Part shown: positions 1-8,202 of the stretch, piece by piece
Layout: the number at the start of each line of letters is the position of its first letter
Numbering within the stretch: position 1 is the stretch's first letter
Assembly (NCBI GenBank): GCA_965230905.1
Contig: OZ246396.1
Coordinates: 420,001 to 452,000, forward strand
From: Candidatus Saccharimonadota bacterium
GTDB lineage: Bacteria; Patescibacteriota; Gracilibacteria; UBA1369; 2-02-FULL-48-14
Direction of reading: 5' to 3'
Length of the DNA: 32,000 bases
Notes under the pieces: generated by a model
Seen by the model: only the letters and a program-made list of their open reading frames with translations
Database searches by the model: none
Told to the model about the DNA's origin: nothing
Translations under genes and position numbers: made by a program

Positions 1-2
1 AA

Positions 3-2573
3 GACGGCATCGACAAAACCTTCACTAGCCCACTTTTTCCATGGGAAACAGCTAAAGAAGCGCAGACAAAGTACGCGGCGCTCATGGCAGAAGAAGCCGT
101 AGCAAAACGTGCAGAAGTCGAGCGTCGTGGTGAAGACGCCATTGACCTTGATGATGATGGAGTTATTGATGTCCCTGCAGTACCGGGACTTGATCCTGAG
201 GTGCAAGAACCTGACTCTGCGGAGGACGCCCCAGTAGAGGCGGAAGCCGATGCTGCTGAAGAAGAACCCGAGGAAGAAACCGCGCCGGAGACTGAGCTCT
301 CTCGCGATGAAGCGCTAAAGGCGGAATGGCCGAAGGTAAGAGGGCGCATTGAAGGATTGGCGTCTAGTTTTCCAGGCGTGACTATTACTTTCAAGGATGC
401 CTCTGATGATAAAAAGGAAGATAAGCCGGCTGATGAAGCAGACATGTTCACCAACTACTCCAAGGGTAAAACGGTTTCGATTAAATACGGACCGCGAGAA
501 ACCGATGTAAAGCGTTACCAAATTATTGTTCCAAAAGAGGCGACTAGCTATTTAGATGCTTCCGTTACTATAAAGGAAGATGCAAGAAAGGGACTGGGAG
601 TTACATGGGAATCCGTAGAAAGGCAGCCTACAGAGAATCTTTATGACTATTTTGCAGGCGAGATAGATGAGGCGATTAAAGAAAACATTTTAGATAAAAT
701 TAAGGTGAAAGACCTTGCTCGGCTCAATGAATTAAGCCCCGCTGCACAACTTTACTATTTAGAGTGGTACGTCGAACACACCTTGAGTTTGGCCAAGAAA
801 AGTCCTGACGATTTAAGTAAAGCAGAGCAAAAGGAACTAGCTGAATTCTATAAAAAGGGCGTTGAGATGGAGGTTTCAGAAAAGTGGTTCGTGGAGCTGA
901 ATCAAAAATTGGCTTCGGCTGAGGCTAGTACCCAAACACGCTTAGACAAGATTGAGCTTAATATTCGGGCTCTTCAAAAGCTTCGGGCTGAGCGGGCTGA
1001 GCCTGTGGCGCCTGCAGCGCCTGCAGCCTCAAATGAAACCGGCGCGAAAAAAGCAGCTGAGGCTTTGGGTATTGCTCCCGCAGTTACCCCTGAACTGATA
1101 AAAAATGCCCCTGGAACCTTTTTGCGAAATGCATGGGCTCACACGGATGGATTTGTGGATGAATACAAACCTGAAGATGCTTCCTTGGCGCCTTACTTAA
1201 CTGTCAACAGTAGAAATATTGGGACACCACTGAGTGATGGTAGCGCTGCTTGGAGGATGCAGCTCACAACTGCCGCTGGAGATAAAATCTACATTGGCGA
1301 AAACACCCCAGCCGTTGATCCGGCTAAAGTGACCGCTTTTGTTGAGGCGCAAGCTGCTCTTGGCAAGACGTATCTCCCGGAAGAGGTGACTCTTTATGCC
1401 GGATACCTCCAAATTATGAATGCATGGGAAGAAGCCCTTGATGAAGCTAAAGCCGAACATAAGCTCGATGAAAAATATCGTGAGTACATTGCTACAGAGC
1501 CAGTGGCTCCTGCGGAGGTGGCGGCGAGTGAGCCAATTCCTGAAGCGGATGTAGCGGCGAGGCGCGAGCGGGATGCCCTGGAGAACAGGAACACCTTTTC
1601 AATACCAATTACTCCAGCGGGAGCAGAGTTGATGAAAGAATGGGGGCTTAAGATCCAGACCAACCGTATATATATTAATGGCGTGGAACAACCAGGCAAC
1701 TTTGGAGAAGATACCACTATCCTCTCTATAGATGCAGCGTTCGGTAGAATGTATGTCACTGAGACTAATGTAGATGGCAGCAGCTCTTTTTATACAGGAT
1801 CAAGCCCAGAAGAGTTGTTTAGCAATATAATCTATGTTGGCACTCAAATCTATCTTGAGAAAAATAGGGCGACACTTACAGCTAGCGAGCTGCGTGAGTA
1901 CAATGCATCACTTCGATCTCTTGAAAAGGCGTATCCACGTTTTAAGTTCCTGCCTCAGTACAGTGCGGAAACATCGGTGGCGGCCGCACCTTCAGGCGAA
2001 ATCGATTTTGAGCTTGATGCGGATGATGACCCAATTCCTGTGGAAACTGTGCTGCCCCCAAATAATCCTGAATGGATTGAGGATATAATCAATGAGCCTA
2101 CTGAACCTGATTCAATACCTAATTTTGACGAGTCCGGATTAAAGATTGTTGACGTACCAACGCCAAATAGACGTGCCTTCCATAAATATGACCTCAGCAA
2201 GTCATTCACGCTGTCTACATTGGCCTCAACTGCTTCTTTCGTATATGAAGGTACTCCTCGGGGCTGGCTCCCAACAAGGTTGACGTTCACGACACCCTCT
2301 GCAGAGATTATCCAATCAATCTCACAAAAGTACTTACGGCCCAACTGGGCGGATGGCCTAAGCCAAGATCAAAAAACACCAGTGACTATAAATGTAATCG
2401 CTCTTGCACGTTGTGAAGCAGTCCTTTCGATCATAAATTCAGCGGAGGCAAGGCTTAAAGCAACTTATGCCCAGGAAGAGTCTTTTCAGGAGACTGTATA
2501 TGATGCAGAAAAGGCTCTACTTACCAATGAGTGTACTAAATTCAAGACTGCTCTCCAGCCTTACCTTAAATAA
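3..2573 (+). CDS. Large acidic protein of unknown function; 5' end runs off the window
   Basis: The frame is open from nt 3 (DGIDKTFTSPLFPWETAKEAQTKYAAL precedes the first Met at 84), with stop TAA at 2571-2573. It has a D/E-rich N-terminal part and Ala/Pro linkers (EPVAPAAPAAS, EPVAPAEVAASEP). I recognise no signal peptide, TM segment or catalytic motif. Confidence 0.6.
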   Translation, partial: DGIDKTFTSPLFPWETAKEAQTKYAALMAEEAVAKRAEVERRGEDAIDLDDDGVIDVPAVPGLDPEVQEPDSAEDAPVEAEADAAEEEPEEETAPETELSRDEALKAEWPKVRGRIEGLASSFPGVTITFKDASDDKKEDKPADEADMFTNYSKGKTVSIKYGPRETDVKRYQIIVPKEATSYLDASVTIKEDARKGLGVTWESVERQPTENLYDYFAGEIDEAIKENILDKIKVKDLARLNELSPAAQLYYLEWYVEHTLSLAKKSPDDLSKAEQKELAEFYKKGVEMEVSEKWFVELNQKLASAEASTQTRLDKIELNIRALQKLRAERAEPVAPAAPAASNETGAKKAAEALGIAPAVTPELIKNAPGTFLRNAWAHTDGFVDEYKPEDASLAPYLTVNSRNIGTPLSDGSAAWRMQLTTAAGDKIYIGENTPAVDPAKVTAFVEAQAALGKTYLPEEVTLYAGYLQIMNAWEEALDEAKAEHKLDEKYREYIATEPVAPAEVAASEPIPEADVAARRERDALENRNTFSIPITPAGAELMKEWGLKIQTNRIYINGVEQPGNFGEDTTILSIDAAFGRMYVTETNVDGSSSFYTGSSPEELFSNIIYVGTQIYLEKNRATLTASELREYNASLRSLEKAYPRFKFLPQYSAETSVAAAPSGEIDFELDADDDPIPVETVLPPNNPEWIEDIINEPTEPDSIPNFDESGLKIVDVPTPNRRAFHKYDLSKSFTLSTLASTASFVYEGTPRGWLPTRLTFTTPSAEIIQSISQKYLRPNWADGLSQDQKTPVTINVIALARCEAVLSIINSAEARLKATYAQEESFQETVYDAEKALLTNECTKFKTALQPYLK

Positions 2574-2590
2574 GTGAATTGTCAGGCCGG

Positions 2591-2619
2591 TTGCTCTTTC
2601 AGTGAAAATTTGATATAAT
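2591..2619 (+). promoter_or_regulatory. Sigma70-like promoter with extended -10 (TTGCTC-17 nt-TGaTATAAT) for the LPXTG gene
   Basis: ttgctc lies at 2591-2596, followed by a 17-nt spacer and tataat at 2614-2619 preceded by tg at 2611-2612. The element is 37 nt upstream of ATG 2656. Confidence 0.5.
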
Positions 2620-2655
2620 AATAAGATTTAAAAACAAAAGTTAACCAAATCACGT

Positions 2656-4128
2656 ATGGCACACGTTTCTAAAATTCTGCGACTCAGCAGTCGAGTATGC
2701 GCACTCACGTGCGTGCTTTCCCTTGTGGGAGGGTTGGCGGCTAGCGCTGAAATTGTAGACACTTCGCTGCTTCCTTCCGTAGTGGAAGGGCTCGATGCGG
2801 TTCCTGGAGATGGTCAAGTGACCCTCACTTGGGACGCTGCAACTGACGACACAGGCGTGGAAGGTTACTATGTTTACTCCGGACTCCAACCCATTGCGGA
2901 AAAGGGAGGTTCTTATACCTTTCCTTCTATTGATGCGGAAAACACTACTACTTATACCGTAGACAACCTCACCAATGGAGTGACGTACTACTTTGCCGTC
3001 ACCGCTTACGATGACGAAGGCAACGAATCCGAATTCTATTCTAAGGAAGTGGAAGCCACTCCAGAATCTTCTGAAATTGCTGACTACACCGCTCCAACCG
3101 TTAAAAGCGCGAGCGCGGTGACCAACTCCCTCGTGGAAGTGGCCTTCTCTGAAATGGTGGAATTGCCTAGCGACCCTAGTTCTGCCTTTGCCTTAATTGC
3201 AGCCGACGGAACACCGCTTGAAATCATCAGCGCTTACCTTTCAGATGACGAAGCCACCGTATTCTTGGTGACCGACCTCCAAGAAGCTGGCAGCGAATAT
3301 GAACTCACCGCCGGAATTTCCATTAGCGACGCTGCTGGAAACCCTATTGAAAGCGGAACTTCCGATACGGCTTACTTCACTGGAAGCGGCGTTGTAAAAG
3401 AAGAAACGACTCCAGTAGATGTTGAAAAGACGAGCGACGCGTTCATGATTGCAGATGTGGACGCCACCGATGTGAACGAGCTTGAACTCACCTTCACTCA
3501 GGAAGTGGCTTCTGCCGACGCGGACGCCTTCACCATTCAATTGGAAGACGACGCTAGCGAAGAAATTGAAGTCCTTGCGGTTAGCATCGACAAAGACGAC
3601 GCCACTAAAGTGACGCTCGTAACTGAAGAAATGGATGCTGGGTACGACTACGTGCTCACCCTAGACGACACCGTCTTCAATGAAGATGGCGAATCCCTTT
3701 CTGAAGAAAACATGAGCGTGGACTTCACCTCAAAAACCCTCGACCTCGCGGATTTGATTGCTCCTGAAGACGTCACTAATTTCTTGTCTAAAGTGAGTGG
3801 CGACACCAGCATCTTGCTCACCTGGACTTCCAGTGTGGACACTGCGGGTGACCTGGCTGAATACTGGCTCTACCAAAGTATGGATGGAGGAATGACCTTT
3901 GAAGACGCCATCAAGGTGGCACGGAGCGCTAGCGAATACGAAGTGGAGGACCTCACCGCCGGTGAAACCTACACCTTCAAAGTGACGGCCGTGGATGAAA
4001 ACGGGAACGAATCGGAGGGAGTGCTCACCACGGTGGCCTTGCCTAAGACCGGACCTGGACTCTTACTCATGGGAGCGCTTTCGCTTCTTGGGGCGGGAGC
4101 CGCCAGCCGACGCAAGAAACAGCTCTAG
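2656..4128 (+). CDS. Sortase-anchored surface protein: signal peptide, Fn3 domain, Ig-like (SbsA-Ig-type) repeats, Fn3 domain, LPXTG anchor
   Basis: The N-terminal signal is LSSRVCALTCVLSLVGGLAASAE. Fn3-like segments occur at both ends (GQVTLTWDAATDDTGVEGYYVY...YYFAVTAYDDEGNES and TSILLTWTSSVD...YTFKVTAVDENGNES). The C-terminus is LPKTG followed by a hydrophobic stretch and RRKKQL, a classic sorting signal. Confidence 0.85.
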   Translation: MAHVSKILRLSSRVCALTCVLSLVGGLAASAEIVDTSLLPSVVEGLDAVPGDGQVTLTWDAATDDTGVEGYYVYSGLQPIAEKGGSYTFPSIDAENTTTYTVDNLTNGVTYYFAVTAYDDEGNESEFYSKEVEATPESSEIADYTAPTVKSASAVTNSLVEVAFSEMVELPSDPSSAFALIAADGTPLEIISAYLSDDEATVFLVTDLQEAGSEYELTAGISISDAAGNPIESGTSDTAYFTGSGVVKEETTPVDVEKTSDAFMIADVDATDVNELELTFTQEVASADADAFTIQLEDDASEEIEVLAVSIDKDDATKVTLVTEEMDAGYDYVLTLDDTVFNEDGESLSEENMSVDFTSKTLDLADLIAPEDVTNFLSKVSGDTSILLTWTSSVDTAGDLAEYWLYQSMDGGMTFEDAIKVARSASEYEVEDLTAGETYTFKVTAVDENGNESEGVLTTVALPKTGPGLLLMGALSLLGAGAASRRKKQL

Positions 4129-4151
4129 TCGGACGACACTAACAATGATTT

Positions 4152-4187
4152 AAAGAGGGAGGCCCAGAGTGGTTTTCCCTCTTTTTT
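4152..4187. terminator. Bidirectional rho-independent terminator between convergent genes
   Basis: aaagaggga (4152-4160) pairs with tccctcttt (4176-4184). The loop is 15 nt and a T-run follows; the A-rich left flank would serve the minus-strand vapBC operon. Confidence 0.65.
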
Positions 4188-4191
4188 ATGC

Positions 4192-4614
4192 TTAAAAAGC
4201 ATTTGGCTCGTATCTCTTACAGCCCAATCGATCAAAGTCTTTATCATAGGAAACCACTGCCCACTCTCCACTTTGAATTTCAGGTGCAGAGGCAATCAAT
4301 GCATCTGTGTATTTTACTGAATGATTTGCATAAAGATCCACTCCCAGCTCCATGTTTTGATGATCCACCACTTTTAGATTGTGAACGCCTTGTAATGATT
4401 GAAGCGCTATCACTACTTTCTCTTTGTTCAGATGGTAGTAACTACGCAAGGTCCACGCAAATTCAGAGAGCACCAAAGTAGACGTGAAGGCTTCATATTT
4501 GCCTGAGCTGACTTTATCTAAGAACTTTAAACTTTCTATGGCCTGCTTGGGGACATCATGAACAAAAGCCCGGAGAAAAATATTGGTATCGATAAAAAAT
4601 TTAGATTCTTTCAT
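4192..4614 (-). CDS. vapC: PIN-domain toxin (VapC-type ribonuclease)
   Basis: FIDTNIFL, LSEFAW, YTDALIA and SYDKDFDRL supply the conserved acidic PIN residues. I prefer the ATG at 4614 (MKESKFFIDTN), which overlaps the antitoxin stop by 14 nt; the ORF track starts at 4635. Confidence 0.85.
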   Translation of the reverse strand: MKESKFFIDTNIFLRAFVHDVPKQAIESLKFLDKVSSGKYEAFTSTLVLSEFAWTLRSYYHLNKEKVVIALQSLQGVHNLKVVDHQNMELGVDLYANHSVKYTDALIASAPEIQSGEWAVVSYDKDFDRLGCKRYEPNAF

Positions 4615-4840
4615 AGTTGTTTTCCATGTATTCACGAGCTTTCATTACGTCTTTTTTATTTTTCACGTTCATAGAACCTGCAAGCTCAAAAAAGTTGGGC
4701 AGTGGCTTAACTCGAATTTCCCCTGATTTCTCGTCTAAAAATACGCTGAGCTTCGTATTTTTCTGGATTTGCATTTTCTTACGGATGAAATTGGGGATAG
4801 TGATCTGTCCCTTGATGGTCATCGCAGTGGTGTAGTTCAT
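4601..4840 (-). CDS. vapB: AbrB/SpoVT-type antitoxin (VapB-like)
   Basis: TIKGQITIPNFIRKKMQIQKNTKLSVFLDEKSGEIRVKPL is a swapped-hairpin AbrB/MazE-type DNA-binding domain. The gene lies directly upstream of, and overlaps, the PIN gene. Confidence 0.8.
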   Translation of the reverse strand: MNYTTAMTIKGQITIPNFIRKKMQIQKNTKLSVFLDEKSGEIRVKPLPNFFELAGSMNVKNKKDVMKAREYMENNYERI

Positions 4841-4849
4841 TTTTAAAAT

Positions 4850-4892
4850 GTATTACTTTTTAAGTTTAGCCTACTTTATTATAAAGTAATAC
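4850..4892 (-). promoter_or_regulatory. vapBC promoter/operator: perfect 10-bp inverted repeat overlapping a TATAAT box
   Basis: gtattacttt (4850-4859) and aaagtaatac (4883-4892) are exact reverse complements. On the minus strand, TATAAT (complement of 4878-4883) abuts the distal arm, upstream of ATG 4840. Confidence 0.55.
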
Positions 4893-4925
4893 TTAATTGG
4901 CGGCAAGGCAATTCGGGCACAAAAA

Positions 4926-4960
4926 TGTCAGGAAAATTTCAGGTATTTGTCAGGAAAATT
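4926..4960 (+). promoter_or_regulatory. Array of three heptamers phased at exactly 11 bp (TGTCAGG / TTTCAGG / TGTCAGG), Pho-box-like; copy A
   Basis: The heptamers start at 4926, 4937 and 4948, and the 13-mer tgtcaggaaaatt is repeated at 4926-4938 and 4948-4960. The array lies 17-51 nt upstream of the MBL gene ATG. A near-identical copy sits on the minus strand at 27380-27407. Confidence 0.5.
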
Positions 4961-4976
4961 CTGCTAGCGTGAAGGA

Positions 4977-5822
4977 ATGAAAAAGAAATTATGGCTGGTG
5001 GTGGTTTTGGCAGCGGCATTGGCGCTGGGGCAGGCCTGGCTAAAATTGCCGGCGACTTTTGAACTGCACATGCTGGACATTGGGCAGGGCGATGCGATTT
5101 TGCTGCGCACGGAAAGTGGCGAAAATATTTTGATAGACGGCGGACCGGGGAGCGCGGTTTTGGAGGAGCTGGGCGAGGTGCTGTCGCCTTTTGACCGGCG
5201 GCTGGATTTGGTGATTTTGACGCATCCGCACGAGGACCATGTGGCCGGGCTGGTGCCCGTGCTGCAGCGCTTCGACGTTGGCGAAGTGATGCTGAGCGCG
5301 CCGGATTATGGGAACGAAGCGTATGAAGCTTTTATGGAGGAAATTGGGCGGCGGGGCATTCCGTATAGTTTTGCGGACGACGAGCATGACTTTGAATTTG
5401 GAGACTTACGGCTGGACGTTTTGTTTCCGTTTGAACCTTACACGGGCGACAGTATGGACAATGTGAACAACGCGTCGCCGGTGATCCGGGCGAGCTGGCG
5501 AGATGTGAGTATTTTGTTTACGGGAGATGCGGAAATGGAGGTGGAAGAAGCGCTTTTGGCGGCCGGCGTGGACATGGAGGCGGACCTTTTAAAGGCCGGA
5601 CACCATGGGAGTAAGAGCAGTAGCACTTTGGAGTTTTTGGAAGCGGTGGGTGCGGAGTTCATGCTGATTTCCTGCGCGGCCGGGAACGACTATGGACACC
5701 CACACTCGGAGACGCTGGAAAAAGCGGGAGATTTGGACATGGAAGTGTGGCGGACGGATTTGGAGGGGAGGATTGCGGTGATTTTTGGGGAGGGAGGCTA
5801 TGAGGTAAGGACAGAGCGGTGA
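4977..5822 (+). CDS. Membrane-anchored MBL-fold metallohydrolase (ComEC/Rec2 C-terminal-domain-like)
   Basis: The N-terminal signal/anchor is KKKLWLVVVLAAALALGQA. MBL motifs are present: LDIGQGDAILL, THPHEDHVAGL, and GDAE...KAGHHGS. Confidence 0.8.
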   Translation: MKKKLWLVVVLAAALALGQAWLKLPATFELHMLDIGQGDAILLRTESGENILIDGGPGSAVLEELGEVLSPFDRRLDLVILTHPHEDHVAGLVPVLQRFDVGEVMLSAPDYGNEAYEAFMEEIGRRGIPYSFADDEHDFEFGDLRLDVLFPFEPYTGDSMDNVNNASPVIRASWRDVSILFTGDAEMEVEEALLAAGVDMEADLLKAGHHGSKSSSTLEFLEAVGAEFMLISCAAGNDYGHPHSETLEKAGDLDMEVWRTDLEGRIAVIFGEGGYEVRTER

Positions 5823-6634
5823 ACTTGCACTTTTTGATCCACCGTGTGAGCAATGCTGTGGTGTTCGTGACACAAGGGAGCCAGGTACTTAGGATCGTGA
5901 GTGCTCGCGAGACTGAAGCGCTGACTGTGATGGATTTCTGTGGCCAGGCGTAGACAGGTTTTTATGGAACATTTTTGTCCATATTCTTCTTCAATAATGG
6001 CACGGACTGCAACGGACATGTAACGAGAGCTGGTGGGCTTTGTGTTTTGAGCGAGTTGCTCTTTTTTTTGTTGAATTTTTTCTTTTCGCTCTGTTAAGAG
6101 GCTGGTTAGGAGTTGGCTCACATCTTTGCCCTGAGCGTTGAGTTCATTCAGTTGGGTGATGAGGTCTTGAGATAATTCAAAGTTTAAAGTCTGCGGTCGC
6201 AGACTTTTTGAGTCAAATAGTGCCTTATTTAAGCCATTCTCGCTTGCGATCTGACGCTCATCTCTCACCAAAGTCTCCAGTGCTGGCTGGGATAGAAGCT
6301 TCACTTTCTCCGCCAACTCTTCTTCATTCTCCACGGTGGCAATGGAAGCAACACGGGTGAGCTTATTCAGACTCACCTCGCCATCTAGTAACAAATTTTT
6401 GAGAGACGGTTTATCTGAAAATCGCTTTTCCAGGTTGAGCGCTAAACGCACCTGTTCTTGGGAAAGTCCGGCTAGCTTGGCTGCGAAAACAAAGATGGAC
6501 TCGAAACCTTTTTTCTCATAGAGGCGGCGGCGATTCACCTCCGGAAGTAGGCCGATGAACTTCTGCCGCCACTGCCTTGCCTGGGCGCCGTATTGTTTAC
6601 ATAGTTGGTAGAGTTTTTCGTCGGAGATTTTCAT
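5798..6634 (-). CDS. HNH endonuclease with DUF222-like helical N-terminal domain
   Basis: The C-terminus CLRLATEIHHSQRFSLASTHDPKYLAPLCHEHHSIAH carries the HNH motif. The 3' end overlaps the convergent MBL gene by 25 nt. The gene is A/T-richer than its neighbours. Confidence 0.75.
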   Translation of the reverse strand: MKISDEKLYQLCKQYGAQARQWRQKFIGLLPEVNRRRLYEKKGFESIFVFAAKLAGLSQEQVRLALNLEKRFSDKPSLKNLLLDGEVSLNKLTRVASIATVENEEELAEKVKLLSQPALETLVRDERQIASENGLNKALFDSKSLRPQTLNFELSQDLITQLNELNAQGKDVSQLLTSLLTERKEKIQQKKEQLAQNTKPTSSRYMSVAVRAIIEEEYGQKCSIKTCLRLATEIHHSQRFSLASTHDPKYLAPLCHEHHSIAHTVDQKVQVHRSVLTS

Positions 6635-6858
6635 GTATTTGCAGGTTAAAATAACAAGAAAAGTATAACAAAAAATATGCCAATTCTTTAGCTAAATGAC
6701 TCAGTTTGGGTGGCGAGTTTTGAATAACATTGTATGGTGAGTGAATACTCACCCTCTCTCTTTAGGCCACCATACGAAAGGGACCGCGTGAAGACTGACC
6801 ATCATGCAGGACCTTTCAGTTGTAATCCGTATATTTTATATCGTTAAAATTTTCTGAA

Positions 6859-8115
6859 TCAAGCACGTCGTTCAATCTTGGCGCCGAGGCTGCGGAGTTT
6901 TTCGTCGATGCGGGAGTAGCCGCGATCGATGTAGTTGATGTCGCTGATGATGGTTTCGCCTTCGGCTATGAGGGCGGCGAGTACCATGGCGGCGCCGGCA
7001 CGGATGTCCCAGCTCACGATGGGCGCGCCTTTGAGGCGAGCGGGGCCGGTGATGGTGGCCTGGTGAGGGTTGAGGAGTTCGGCAGTGGCGCCCATGCGTT
7101 CCAGCTCGGGGAGGTAGTTGAGACGGCCTTCGAACAAAGTTTCGTGCACTTCACTGGTACCTTCACATTGCGTGAGCAGCACGGCGAAAGGCGCTTGAAG
7201 ATCGGTTGCGAAACCGGGATACACGGAGGTTTGGAGTTTTTCCACGGCATGGAGTTCGCCGTGTGGGAGGATATGAACTTCGTTTTCGCTAAGCTCAAAC
7301 TTCGCGCCCACTTCTTCGAGTTTTTGCCAGAAGCTGTCGAGGTGTTCCACGGGACAGTTTTTAATGCGCACATCGCCATTGGTGAGCACCGCTGCGAGGA
7401 CGAGGGTGCCGGCTTCGAGATAATCGGAGGTCACGGAATAGTCCACGCCGGTGAGGGGTTTGCCACCTTGAATGGTGAGGGTCGGCGAACCGATGCCGGA
7501 AATGTCGGCGCCCATTTTTTGCAAAAACCGGCAGAGGTCTTGCACGTGCGGTTCCATGGCCACCCAACGAATGGTGGTAGTGCCGGGAATGAGCACCGCG
7601 GCCATCACCGCGTTTTCGGTGGCGGTCACGGACGCTTCGGCCATAATAATATTCGCAGGCTGCAGGGCCGCGGCTTTTAAGTGAATGGATTCGTCGCTTT
7701 CAATAATTTCGGCGCCAAGTTTGGTGAGGGCGTGAAGGTGCGCGTGAACACTGCGTTTGCCGAGTACACAGCCGCCGGGGAAGGCGAGGTCTACTTCGCG
7801 GAAACGTGCGAGCAGCGGGCCGAGCAGCAAAATGCTGGCGCGCATGTGCTTCACGAGACTTGGGTCGATTTGTGCGGAGGCCACCCGAGACGGGTTCACG
7901 GTCACGGTTCCGGCGTCAAAACTCACGTCCGCGCCGAGGCCACTCAGAATCTTTAAAAATGCGTGCACGTCCGAAATGTCCGGAACGTTGTGAAGGGTGC
8001 TGGGCGTGGTCGCGAGTAAAGTGGCTGCCAAAATAGGCAGCGCGGCATTTTTGGAGCCGCCGATGCTGATTTCTCCTTTGAGTGGCTGACCACCTTGGAC
8101 TATGAATTGAGGCAT
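6859..8115 (-). CDS. murA: UDP-N-acetylglucosamine 1-carboxyvinyltransferase
   Basis: The protein resembles MurA over its full length (QGGQPLKGEISIGGSKNAALPILAATLL, and FPGGCVLGKRSV with the active-site Cys). I prefer the ATG at 8115 (MPQFIVQGG) over the TTG at 8136. Confidence 0.95.
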   Translation of the reverse strand: MPQFIVQGGQPLKGEISIGGSKNAALPILAATLLATTPSTLHNVPDISDVHAFLKILSGLGADVSFDAGTVTVNPSRVASAQIDPSLVKHMRASILLLGPLLARFREVDLAFPGGCVLGKRSVHAHLHALTKLGAEIIESDESIHLKAAALQPANIIMAEASVTATENAVMAAVLIPGTTTIRWVAMEPHVQDLCRFLQKMGADISGIGSPTLTIQGGKPLTGVDYSVTSDYLEAGTLVLAAVLTNGDVRIKNCPVEHLDSFWQKLEEVGAKFELSENEVHILPHGELHAVEKLQTSVYPGFATDLQAPFAVLLTQCEGTSEVHETLFEGRLNYLPELERMGATAELLNPHQATITGPARLKGAPIVSWDIRAGAAMVLAALIAEGETIISDINYIDRGYSRIDEKLRSLGAKIERRA

Positions 8116-8202
8116 AAGTTGCCTGGAGTATAGCAAAAGGAAACTGGGGCCGCCAGCCTCGACTTGCGGAAATTTGCTTATATGTTAAGATGCCGTCTTG
8201 TT

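Noticed and set aside
2579-2604. A third copy of the phased heptamer element upstream of the LPXTG promoter (TGTCAGG at 2579 and TTTCAG at 2597)
   Set aside because: The two half-sites are 18 nt apart, not 11, and the flanking A/T spacers are absent. This is likely a chance resemblance.
4188-4481. 97-aa ORF on the plus strand
   Set aside because: It is antisense to the motif-supported PIN toxin gene and begins inside the terminator.
7014-8036. Multiple ORFs (7063-7680 +, 7472-7684 +, 7681-7956 +, 7757-7993 +, 7806-8036 +, 7014-7379 -, 7361-7567 -) inside murA
   Set aside because: All lie within or antisense to a full-length, clearly recognisable MurA frame. Their products are Arg/Gly/His-rich nonsense typical of shadow ORFs in G/C3-rich genes.
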